Shown here in pieces: positions 51,571 through 62,689 of a stretch of DNA of 64,000 nt. The stretch comes from Podarcis filfolensis (taxonomy: Eukaryota). Under the pieces are notes generated by a model. The model worked only from the letters and a program-made list of their open reading frames with translations, was not told where the DNA came from and did not search any database. The DNA is taken from the NCBI GenBank assembly GCA_964270895.1, contig OZ185443.1, one strand, 5' to 3'. Both the position numbers and the translations under genes were made by a program. How positions within the stretch are numbered: the stretch's first letter is position 1; every line of letters begins with the position of its first letter.

Positions 51571-53722
51571 CTAATAAAAGTGAAACAGTTAAAAAGGTGA
51601 GGTATAATTTAAGGGTCTGTCATCTTCAAAAATTTCAAGGTACAAGTCTGGATTTGCCAACCAAGATTTTAAAAGGAGAAGTCAGATAACACAGTGTTTA
51701 AAATAAGATTTTATTTTTTAAAAAATGTATTAAAAAGACTATCAAGGTGGCACATGTGAAATCTGAGTAAGAATGCCACTGAGTAAATGGAAAATTGTTG
51801 GAGTTTGCCCCATATTCAAATCCCTGAATGGCTCAGGAGCCAGTGGTAGCTTGAGCAGCACCTCAACTCACATGGCTGTTGTAAACATGACATTAGAGAG
51901 GTTACAATGAGCCTTCTTTTTTTTACAACAAATCTGTTAACTAAATGAAACAGTATTATAGAGAGACCTAGTTGTCCAAAACATTGTGACTCTAACTTAT
52001 GTTTGTGAATTCAATAATTTTCTAAAGCAAGAAGAGGGAACATGTGGCCTTCTAGATACTGTATTATTAACTCCTTGCCCCAGTCAACATAGTTAATAGT
52101 CAAACATTATGGGAGTTGTAGTCCAACAACACATGGAGGTCCAAAGATTCTCCAGTCCTGCCCTAAAGAGTGCCAGACTCATAATGGTAGCCACAAAAGT
52201 TGGAAAGCCTTTACCCGCAATGTTTTACATACTGAGGGCACCCTGTATAATCTGGGACTTTGCAGTTACTCAGAAGTTAATTCCCACTGGGTTCAATAGA
52301 ACTTGCTCCTAAATGCATGTCTAATTGAAGACCTAATCTGAGCCACTTTTACAAGCACGGACTACAGGTTGGTGTCCTTGCCCTATCCCTCTCAACCCAG
52401 GGCGGTATCAGGTAATTGCTGCTAATCTGTGATTAGAAAATTGCTTCCTGAACAGCTGATGGCAAGATGCTACATGAGTCATTTTATTCAGACTGTACCT
52501 AGATGCACACTTTTTTCAAGCTAACACCCAAAGAGCAACAACTGTTCATTCTAAACTTAAAGCTAAATGCATTCAAACTTTCAAAAGATACTTGTAACTG
52601 TTTCTAGACTTTTCAGCCGCAAAGAGGAGTATATTTTACCCAAATGAAACTGATTAAATCAGATAAGATGCCAGGGAAGAAACTATCTAAAAACAAAATC
52701 TGTCTGTTGAACTTGATGGCAAGCAGCTGCTCTCACCAAAACCACCTGTGTACCAACCAGTTTGAAAAGCAGTGTAAACAGGAAGATAAAGGCACTGAAG
52801 CATTTCTCTACATATGTTGCAGGGCTGCTGTAGGCAAAATTCAACCCTCACACACTGATGAGGAAGTTTTTCAACAGCAAAAATAAGCAGCTCTGAACTA
52901 AAGGCTCCTATTCCTAATTTAATCCCAACAAGAAAACCCCTATACCTTAGATTTAAAATTATGAAATTTAAGCCTCTGTGGATGTCTCTTTAACAGCAAC
53001 CTCATATACAGAAATTTGCAGGTGGAACACAGAGGTGTTATTAAGTCATCAGAACAAGCCTGAGTCACACCTGCAGGCACTGGTGTGAAAGTTCACAAAC
53101 GTTAAGGGAAGAATGGCTGGGGACATCTTTTAAAACTGCCTTTTAAGTTGATGTCATACATTTTAGAAAACTAATTCAGTTATATGACACTATTCGAAAG
53201 CTGTCAACTACTAAGAAACTATGTTCCTTAGACTTCAAAGCAAGCCATGTGGGAATAGACCATCACTTTAATTATTTTATTTAATGCTCAGGGTGGGTTA
53301 TAGCATTAAAAATTGCCAAAAAGGTATCCAAGTTGTGCAACAATACATTCACTTTCACAGGATACATAACAGTAGCATCTAGCGTGTTTGAATTCCGCAC
53401 ACACACACACACACACCCCAATTTTTTTTCTTAAGCCTCCCTCTCTGAAGTAATTTGCAATAATTATGTCCTACCTCCCCCCCCCCCGTCACTCTCTAAT
53501 AGCAGAATAAGGTTTGGGGAGGGGATGGGGCATTGGGGTTGGAGTATAGGGCTTAGGCAAGCGAGGGAAAAGAGGTCATTTCGTATCAATCCCTCGCATG
53601 CACCGCCTCATCAAGTTTCTCGCCCTCATGGAGCACAAGGAGGAGTCCCACCCGCGACCTCCCGCCTCGGCCCCCCGAGAGGTTTCCTCCCAGAAGGGCC
53701 GGGCTACCCCGCTCGCGCTCAC

Positions 53723-53725
53723 CAT
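53723..53725 (-). CDS. RFC1: RFC1 exon 1 coding part (ATG only)
   Basis: ggcATG|gtgagc inside the CpG island; joins to exon 2 to give MDIRKFF, as in the human ATG-only first exon. Confidence 0.85.
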
Positions 53726-53964
53726 GCCTACGCCCGGCGCCGACTGCCGAACCGCCTCCCGCGACGTCGGTTTATGCCGTTGGCGGCGGGCCAACCGACC
53801 CGCGCTCCATCCCCAACCGCCAGCTTCGCGCCAATGCGCGAAGGCGGGGTCCGAGTGCGCAGGCGCGCGCGGGGTGATGGCGTCACGGGCGGGGCGGGGG
53901 GGGGAGGAGGAGGAGGAGGAGGAGCAGCAGCGCGGGAGAGGGGAGAGGCGTTCGCCTGAGTAGA

Positions 53965-53976
53965 TTCCCGCGCAAA
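53965..53976 (-). promoter_or_regulatory. E2F-like site
   Basis: TTCCCGCGCAAA (reverse complement TTTGCGCGGGAA), about 240 bp upstream of the RFC1 ATG. Confidence 0.5.
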
Positions 53977-54149
53977 TGGGGCCCGGCGGGTCTAAGCGAA
54001 CGCGCGCTGACGAAGCTCCCTTGGATCCCGACTTCGCTCCCCGCCCTCAGAGTAGCAGCAGTCTGGATTTAAGATTTAAGCGTGTACTTAGCTCTGAAAT
54101 CAGCGCTTCGTTTTGGCTGGATCTTGGCCACGCGCGTGTTTATGCGTAC

Positions 54150-54313
54150 ACATAGAATAATCAGAGTCTGAAGGGTCCCTGTGGGTCATCTAGCTCAACC
54201 CCCTGCAATGCAAGAATTTCAGCTAGGTCATTAAATAGCAGGTGCTTCCTCCCCCACACCTCTGCTGAAAATCCATCCAAGGATGGAGAGTCCCACCTCA
54301 TCTATGGGAATCT
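54150..54313 (-). mobile_element. CR1-like 3' end fragment
   Basis: gggtcatctagctcaaccccctgcaatgca...ccaaggatggagagtcccacc. Confidence 0.5.
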
Positions 54314-54491
54314 CACACACACACACACACACACACAAAATCCGATAGCTTTTCAAAACAAATAAATAAAAGTTAGGTACGCCTCTGTGTTTATGCTCAA
54401 TAAGTGTCTTAACAGTTGTCATGGCGTGTATATCTGGTTTCCCAGCTGCGACGACACCCAGACGCGGAGAAGGCAGCCCCAAGGACAAAGT

Positions 54492-55113
54492 CAGGGCCGT
54501 CTTACCCATAAACGCTAGTGGTGCAGGGTGCCAAGTTCCAGAGGACGCCAGGCGAGAGTCTGGGGAACACGGAACGAGCGCACCGAGTGAGCAAGGGTGC
54601 ATGTGCTGCTCCCACCAAGCGTTGGCTCGGTTGTTTTCCCTTTTAGTCTGCAGGAACTGAATTCTGCGGGGTGTCAGAAGGCTAAAAGGGAAAAAACCGA
54701 GCCAACGCTCGGCAGGAGCGGCACACGTGCTCGCTTGGCACAGGCCTACTTGCTCTGCATGCTCACTTGCCCAACGGGTTGAGGCACAGGCGTGCGCGGC
54801 ACCCCTCCTGCTAGCCATCTTCATCTTCGAGCCGCGCATCAGGCGCCACCGATCTCCATGGGGCTGGCTCCCTCGGCCCACTCGCTGCCCTCGCCCGCCT
54901 CCGCCTCTTCCCTGCCAGAGTCGCCCTCCAGCCACTGCCCGCCTCCTCCAGCCCTGCAAAGCTGGGCACATCGCCGGCAGCGCCGTCCTGTCCCAAGAGG
55001 TTTCCTCCGCTGCTGCTGGTGTTCCCTCCCTAAAAAAAGGGTTGACAACTCTGGGAAACGGGGGGTGGGGGTGGGTTTGCACCACGACGCCGGATATGCT
55101 TAAGACGGCCCTG
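54492..55113. mobile_element. Non-autonomous hAT element, CpG-rich, 622 bp
   Basis: 13-bp perfect TIRs CAGGGCCGTCTTA / TAAGACGGCCCTG; perfect 8-bp TSD GACAAAGT (54484-54491, 55114-55121). Confidence 0.9.
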
Positions 55114-55737
55114 GACAAAGTACTGCCTGGTTTCCTTTATTGTCCTATCATTCCGTTTCCTGTCTTTGAAAATGATTCACTAGTTAGGACATCAAGAATC
55201 ATAATTCTGCAGTTTGAATATTCAGATACTGTATTCCATTTTTGAATATTCAGACATAGATTATTGAAAACGAGCAGGTCCATAAAGGACTGATTTAAAC
55301 GCTCATAGATCTTACGTTTTGCACTCCTGGCTTAGCAGAAAATACTCTCAATCGTTTAATGGATTAAAACGGACAGTTGAGTATGATTGCTTGGAAAAAA
55401 GAAAAGAAAAAGTGATGTTTTTATTGTTGGTTACTTTATTGTATTTTATTGGTGTATCTTTGTACACTGCTCTGAGAGCCTTGGCTGATGATACGCTAAT
55501 ATATATTCTAAATAAGTATATAAATCATAGACCAAAGGTCACTTCCTGAGGAACTCCTTAATGGCTTAGGAAGGTATGTTGGCATTTTTGTTTGGAAGTG
55601 AGTTGGAATGCCTTACCACTTTTCAGGCCAACCTAAAACCATCCCACTTTTTATCAGTGGATATAACTGTCTAGCCTAACCATCCAACTTCAAGTATTGT
55701 AGCTAACATAAAGGTTTAAAATTACGTTTCATCTGCG

Positions 55738-55995
55738 CTTAAAGCAGTATCATGCCATTTTAAGCAGTCATGATTTCCCCCCAAAGAATCCTGGGAGTTG
55801 TAGTTTGTTAAAGGAGCTGAGACTTGATAGGAGACCCCTATACACCTCACAAACTTGCAGTTCCTAGGGAAGAGGGACATACCGTTAAATCACTCTGGAA
55901 AATGTAGCTCTTAGAGGGGAATAAGGGCCTTCTAACTTTCAGAACCCTTAACAAACTACATTTCCCAGGATTCTCTGGCAAAAGATTTAAATGTG
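55738..55995. repeat. Palindromic MITE-like repeat (related copies near 7495-7680, 40810-40930, 47745-47995, 61860-61950)
   Basis: aagaatcctgggagttgtagtttgttaa...ttaacaaactacatttcccaggattc inverted arms, recurring in the window. Confidence 0.7.
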
Positions 55996-57777
55996 TAGTG
56001 CAGATGGAGCCTTAACCTCACCAGCTGCATTGTATAAAGCACCAGGATGCGCAGGTGCCTTAAATAATAGTCTGTCATCCAAAGTTTAAGGGGGACACAA
56101 ATCTTAAACAAAACAGACCAGCAACAGAAAACGCTGAACCCGAGATACAGCTAAGTTCAGTGACACTTTGTGGCTAAACTTATATAATGACACTGTCCAC
56201 AAAAAGGCTTTGTGTGCGTCCAGACATGCTATTTTCAGGTGGGATTTAATCACATACCGGCAAATTCAGGTTGCACAATTAAAGTTGATTTAATGCTCTT
56301 GCACAGCAAGCCCTGCTTCTCCAAAAGATCAGACTTTTTGCAATAAGGAGAGTGGCAAGCAAAACGCACTGCGAAGTCTGGGATAATGCTTAACTCATTG
56401 TCAAATAACCTCGCCCCCAAATAAATCAGCATGAAGCTTCCGTAAATAAGCCATCTGGAATCAATTTCTGAATAGTAGGCACAAACAAAAGAGGAAGTCT
56501 TGTGCCTGCATGCCATGCTTAGAAGCTTTGTAGAATCTGCATCTGGCTGTTATGGAAAATGGAATACAGGATCTGAGGGACTTTGGGACAAATTCAGCAG
56601 AGCTCTTTATTCGCTTGCATATTCACTTGAGCTAAGATGCATTCACACTGCTTCAAATGTTGAATTTCTAGAGACCTGAGGCAGTGAGCTGATACATAGC
56701 TACTCTAGCATGCACTAGCATTTTTAAAGGCACCCTAGAAGAAAATGTAGGGACAGTAATTCACCAGAAAGTGGAACTGTATCTAGTAAATGGTGATAGC
56801 TGGAACATGTTAGACCTGGTCTTTTTGCTAAGATCAAGCATAGAAGTTGCAGGCTTACAATGAGCCCCCGTGCATTTCAGTCTAGAATTAAAGCACTGGC
56901 AGGTTAAGAAAGAGGAAATGAGTATATACCACAACAAAACTTTGCATATCAAGGTCCTAGAATTCCACTCAACAACCAACTAACTGAACAACAATGATGA
57001 AAAAAATATGGGAAGTAAAGGGGGAAAGTTATGGCACATAGATTGGCTCCCCTTAATCTCATATTTGGAGTCCTTGTCAACTGATAGTTATGTTCCAGCC
57101 ACGTATAAAAGTGTCTATTTAATCTAATTGTAAATACAGGATATTGCTTTTTTATTCCTCTTTTTTTATTGACCAGTTCCTATATCATTTTGTGGTTTTT
57201 TTTTAAATCCCTGCTGAGAAATACGCTATTGCTGGGAACAATATTCTTATTCTTGTATATGTTCGTTTCCTTCATATAAGGGATGCTAATGAAGATAGGG
57301 AAGGAAATGCTGGTAAGATTTGTGATGCCTGTTTCATGCTAAATCCTCCTAACTGCAGCCGTGCACAGAATTTACACACTCAATGATGTTTCTAAGACAA
57401 GAGCATGTAAAACCACCTGTATGGTTATTGCCTTTCTATTTGGTTTGATCTCTATTTGATATCTGTAAAGTATCATCCAGAACAATCCCACAAAATCCCT
57501 TATTTACAAGCAGGGTCACTGTGATTAATAACATTTCTAATCCAGCCTTCATTATTGTTATTTATTAAATTTGTATACCACTCATCCTCCATAGATCTCA
57601 AGGCGGTTCACAAGATAAAATTACAATATACAAACCACAAAACACATAGTAAAAAATCAGAACAACCACCGTCTTGCCATGGTGAGCAACCTGCTGCACT
57701 AGAATTCTGCGCTAGCTGAATTCATACCACAGGATCCCAGGCCTTTATACTACAGTCATACAAAATACCTGAAATAC

Positions 57778-58254
57778 TGTTATGTACTGAGCTTGGTTCC
57801 TAGAACAATAGGCAGGTAGGATCCTAGAAGGCAGCAACCTGATTGGTCTGCAGGAGCTGCCAATCCGGCTCCAGGAGGAAGTGAATCAGCCAATCACACG
57901 GGACCCATTGTGTAAATAATGTACAGTGGTTCCTCGGGTTACAGATGCTTCAGGTTACAGACGCTTCAAGTTACAGACTCCGCTAACCCAGAAATAGTAC
58001 CTCAGGTTAAGAACTTTGCTTCAGGATGAGAACAGAAATCGTGCAGCGGCAGCGGGAGGCCCCATTAGCTAAAGTGGTACCTCAGGTTAAGAACAGTTTC
58101 AGGTTAAGAACGGACCTCCAGAACGAATTAAGTTCTTAACCCGAAGTACAGTACTGTATATAGAGCCAGAAGTTTTGGGGGAATGCACTCTCACTGTTTA
58201 CCATGAGCTGAAATAAAGAGCATGAAATCAACACTCAACTCTGAGTATATTTCA
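57778..58254 (+). mobile_element. Solo LTR
   Basis: TG...CA termini, 5-bp TSD AATAC (57773-57777, 58255-58259), internal CCAAT-like boxes and AATAAA. Confidence 0.65.
57924..58156 (-). mobile_element. Tigger/pogo-like MITE (same family), nested in a solo LTR
   Basis: Reverse copy of the 11983 family, flanked by TA. Confidence 0.8.
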
Positions 58255-58526
58255 AATACAGTACGTTGAAACCAGTAAGCAGAAGCATAAAACCAAATAC
58301 AGCAAATACCAGTACTTTATCAAAACATTCTTAACTACAACTACACTCCTCCTCTGCCTAAAGAAAGATGTCTTGAGTTGTCAATGAAGAAGAGGACCAT
58401 ATTTTCACATGGCAGGACCATGGCAGAGAAGACCCAATCTCAGATCATTGCATAATACATAATAGCTGATGGGACATGAGCAGGGTCTCACCCTCTGTAG
58501 ATTATAAGGTTTGAACTAGCAGATGA

Positions 58527-58802
58527 GAGAGCCAGTGTGGTGTAGTGGTTAAGAGCGGTAGACTCGTAATCTGGTGAACTGGGTTCGATTCCTCGCTCCT
58601 CCACATGCAGCTGCTGGGTGACCTTGGGCCAGTCACACTTCTCTGAAGTCTCTCAGCCCCACTCACCTCACAGAGTGTTTGTTGTGGGGGAGGAAGGGAA
58701 AGGAGAATGTTAGCCGCTTTGAGACTCCTTAGGGTAGTGATAAAGTGGGATATCAAATCCAAACTCCTCCTCCTCTTCTTCTTCTTCTTCTTCTTCTTCT
58801 TC
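58527..58802 (+). mobile_element. CORE-type tRNA SINE with (CTT)n tail
   Basis: gccagtgtggtgtagtggttaagagc...gggttcgattcc...gtgaccttgggccagtcac...cctcacagagtgtttgttg; simple-repeat tail. Confidence 0.75.
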
Positions 58803-58889
58803 AGATATTTGGGTCCTATGTCATAGAATCATACAATTGTAGATTTGGTGGGGTCTGATAATGAAATAATAGAGCAGTACTACTATTTA

Positions 58890-59065
58890 TTTTCCTTGTT
58901 CCGGACCCTATATTTCTATTGATACAGCCTAGAATAGCATTAGCCTTTTTTTGCTGCTGCATCACTCTGCTAACCCATGCCAAGCTTGTGGTCTACTAGA
59001 ACCCCTAGATCCTTTTCACGTGTATTCTGTCAAGCCAGGTGTCCAACATCCTATATTTGCGCATC
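58890..59065 (-). mobile_element. CR1 LINE fragment
   Basis: Recognisable CR1 RT-region sequence (gatacagcctagaatagcattagccttttttgctgctgcatcac). Confidence 0.6.
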
Positions 59066-59518
59066 AGAGAAACGTTGAAGGGTATGCAGAGTTCTTACCT
59101 ATAAAAGCTCATGCTGCCATAAACTATCTAGCCTTTCACAAATCCTCGTGTAGCTGCAGGGGCTTCTGAAGACAATTCTGGTTGGCCTTTCCTCCTATTA
59201 ATTACCGTTTATTTGATTAAGCAGTGGCAGCATGTTTTCTGCATGTGGGTAATTGTGTCAAAAAGGCAATTTGTTTCTATTCCCTTTAAATGTAATTGGA
59301 TCAGCCACTAGCATCCTCTGACAGACAGCTGCCAAGACTGCCGTTTCAGACATTCAGAACAACTAGGCATTGATGGAGAGAAGCCTTCGTGATCCGAACC
59401 TCTTTTTTTTCTGCGGCAAAAAAAGAATCTCCCTCAGGTGTCCTAGTGGTCATGAGAAGGTGATCTCCCTGGGATTATGTTGCTTTTTCGTGACCCATCC
59501 TAAGTCTTGCAATGCCAA

Positions 59519-59531
59519 GCTAATCATTAAC
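59519..59531 (+). promoter_or_regulatory. HNF1-like site in the KLB promoter/leader
   Basis: GCTAATCATTAAC versus consensus GTTAATNATTAAC (12/13). Confidence 0.45.
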
Positions 59532-59607
59532 AGGGTTTTTACAGTCACAAGCTTGCTTTTCCCCCCTGCTGAAGCTTTGATAAGACACTCCAGCAGTTTT
59601 GTGGCAA

Positions 59608-59727
59608 ATGAAGACAAGCTATGCAGCAGGGATCCCGGGGAATGGATGCATTTCCAGGCGCCGCCAAAAAGAAAATGTGACTTTTAGCGTACACTCCAGA
59701 AAGGCGCAATGTTTATGCAGCAGCTGA
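59608..59727 (+). other. Out-of-frame upstream ORF overlapping the KLB start (homologous to the mammalian KLB N-terminus)
   Basis: ATG AAG ACA AGC TAT GCA GCA GGG ATC CCG GGG AAT... = MKTSYAAGIPGNGCIS...CLCSS*; 101 nt upstream of ATG 59709. Confidence 0.7.
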
Positions 59728-60458
59728 AAGGATCCCTAGCCTTGTGGGCATTCATTTTTATACCGACAGTTGCTGGGCTTGACAACGATGGAAGATCTGT
59801 GTGGGGGAAAGAGTCCAGTTCAAGTTTTGTGAATGAAACCCAGATGTTTCTGCAGGACACATTCCCCAAAAAGTTCTTCTGGGGTGTGGGGACCAGCGCT
59901 TTTCAGGTGGAGGGTGCCCAAAGGAAAGATGGAAGGGGACCGTCGATATGGGAACAGTTCACCCATTCAGAGCTGAGAGCTGGTTCCAGGACAGATGACT
60001 CCAGGACAGATGACTCCAGTGACAGCTACATTTTTTGGCAGAAAGATTTAGCAGCTCTGGAATTTTTGGGAGTTTCTTCTTACCACTTTTCAATTTCATG
60101 GCCACGGCTCTTCCCCACCGGGACTGTGACAGCTGTCAATGAAAAGGGACTTCAATACTACAACAGTCTGCTAGATGCTCTGGTTCATAGGCATATTGAG
60201 CCTGTGGTCACCCTTTACCACTGGGATTTGCCCTGGATTCTGTACGAGAGATATGGGGGGTGGAAAAACGAATCCCTAATCGGTGTTTTCGATGACTACG
60301 CGACTTTTTGCTTCCAAGCTTTTGGCGATCGAGTCAAGTACTGGATTACGATCCACAATCCTTATCTAGTTGCTTGGCACGGGTATGGCACAGGGATCCA
60401 TGCACCCGGAGAGAAGGAAGAAAGCATTGTCCCTCTGGTAGGACATAATCTGATCAAG
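59709..60458 (+). CDS. KLB: Beta-klotho exon 1 coding part (signal peptide plus start of the KL1 GH1-like domain)
   Basis: [23 protein letters not shown] signal peptide; [50 protein letters not shown]; donor AAG|gtacag; synteny with RFC1. Confidence 0.93.
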
Positions 60459-62631
60459 GTACAGTACAGAGAGATTTCACTGTCACAGATTTAAGTTTCA
60501 CTGCCGCTGGAGAGCCAGTATAATATTTATACAATGACTTCAAAGCTGAGAGCAATGCTTGCGATAATCAGTATTCTTGATGCAGGTTAAAAGCCTGGGC
60601 AGAAACAAACGTGCTGCCCCTTGTCTTTGTCCATGTAATGATTTCAACACTTGTTTTATTAAAAGTAAAAAGAAGCAGCAAATTTGGCCATGTTCCAGTC
60701 GTGGATCTTGAAGCTGCCTTATACCAGCTAGATCAGTTGTTTGACTGACAGCTAGGGTCTTTCCCATTGCATTTCACCCTATCCTTTTTAATTGGAGATG
60801 TTGGAAGTTGAACCATGTTGCCAACCACTGAGCTCTGGTCCCCCATAAATTAAGGACTTATTGGGTTGTAGCCAATGCCAGTCCTACTCAGAGAAGACCC
60901 ATTGAAGTTATTGGATATATATGAATAAATTTGGGCCCATTAATTTCAGTGGGTCTGCTGCTCTGAGACGAATTTAGTTAAATATGACTCTTTCAGTACC
61001 ATAAATTTCATTGAGGAAGTCAAGCATGTGTCTCTTAATCTGCAATCCCTGACTAGGGACTGAATCAAATTCAGTAAGTGTTATGTTTTGAGCAATGCTT
61101 ATGATGGCACAGTATATTCCCATTCAAATCAAAATATGTTTACAGCACTTGAAGCCTGGTTGGACTGTAGCCTTAATAACAGCTTGTCTGCCAACCCCCC
61201 CCCCAAAAAAACCCTTGCACTTCCTTTCATGATTGTTTGCCTTGGACCATAAGGATTGCCTGCATATGCTGATATTATCTGATTGCCCTAAAAGAAACAC
61301 ATATTAAATAGTCCTAAATCTGACAAATTGTAGCTTGATGAAGCAATCAAACATAGAGAATAATTAAATAATGCAGCCGAACCTGATACAATCACACTTC
61401 AAATAGTAGCCACTATACTGAACAAACAATGTTACCAAGTATTTTTTAATTGTCTGAAGAGAAATATCCTTTATGTCAATATTGAAGACCTGAAGAATGA
61501 CGTCAAGCCAATTCTGCTTACAGCTGTTTATTAGAATTGAACTAGGGTAGCTACCCCTCCCTTAGCTGAATTATATATCCAACAGAAGTTAGCTTCTTTC
61601 TGTTGACTTAGTTATCGTTTAGTGAAATCAGAGCTCTTATTCCAGCTGCGGATCAGGCCCTAAAATTTGTACACAGAAATACTCTGCATAATTTGGGGGA
61701 AGGGGTATTAGAAGAAAAGTGCAGCCCCCACCACAACTGCATCATTTGAGAAAAGCATCCCTTGACAGAATGATCAAAATAATATCCATTGGTCTTTCTT
61801 GTGGTAACTTAGGGCTTGTCTACAATTCCACACACACAATCATTTTGCAATTCAGCCCACAAAAAGTAACTAGGTTAGCCGTTGCAAACTTGGTGCCTTC
61901 CAGGGCTTTTGGACTACAATTTCCATTAGCCCTAGCAAAAAGGGTCCTTAAAATCTGAGTTCCCTTGAAGTGGTTCTTTCATAAGTGGCTATTGCCAAAC
62001 CTGTCTTAGACATTTTCCTAGACAGAGGCTCAACAATGAGTGAAGGCAAGGGGAGGAGTTTGGAGAGGGTTGGTCCATACCTGCACGTTGCAACATCAAA
62101 TGATGACCTGATTGAATAACTGAGCATCACAAACCAAACATAGCCAGAATGTCCCCCTCTCCAATATTTTTATCAGTTTTCAGGCATTTCACATTTTTAC
62201 TTCTTTTCTTGTAATTTTTATTATTTTTCACCATAGCTCTGCTGTGATACTCATAAACTAATATCATGGCGTAATCATCAGGACCGTAAACAAGGTTAAA
62301 GTAAATTGACATTTGAATAAGATATATCGTATCCATAAACATCGAAATTATATTCTGACATTCTCATGGTAGCCAAACATTCTTATTTGCTTCTGGAATC
62401 AATACATTTAATTTATTATTATTAGCATATTGTATAAAATCCCACCACACTTCACAAAAATCCAAAGGTTGCACCTTGCCTTGAATTAATTTTAAACTAA
62501 ATGTCTTTTTGTCCTGAAATTGCAATGTTCCACACATTTAAACACAGAATGTTAATGTCACCTTGTTCTGTTCAACTGTAAGTCATCAGGTGGTGGTCCG
62601 ATATGTGTGGAGCAACTCTCAGGTACACTGG

Positions 62632-62635
<4 letters not shown>

Positions 62636-62686
<51 letters not shown>
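62636..62686. repeat. (GA)n microsatellite in KLB intron 1
   Basis: Direct reading. Confidence 0.95.

Positions 62687-62689
<3 letters not shown>

Larger units (their letters stand above)
53570..54140. promoter_or_regulatory. RFC1: CpG island / RFC1 promoter and 5' UTR
   Basis: Dense CpG and GC; GC boxes near 53887-53900; (GGA)n tract; contains exon 1. Confidence 0.85.

Noticed and set aside
53525-53963. 144-aa and 121-aa ORFs across the RFC1 CpG island
   Set aside because: Stop-poor GC-rich promoter sequence; only the ATG at 53723-53725 fits the RFC1 splice structure.
54231-55245. Long ORFs (295 aa on -, 172 aa and 103 aa on +) suggesting a novel gene between RFC1 and KLB
   Set aside because: They lie mostly within a GC-rich hAT element bounded by TIRs and an 8-bp TSD and run through CA repeats. 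Their composition is low-complexity with no domain I recognise.
59370-59687. 105-aa ORF in frame with KLB as a long N-terminal extension
   Set aside because: It ends at TAG 59685-59687 before the signal-peptide ATG and spans promoter sequence. Homology to mammalian KLB lies in the other frame, from 59608.
61948-62342. Two adjacent minus-strand ORFs in KLB intron 1
   Set aside because: Short and AT-rich, with no recognisable domain or splice signals.
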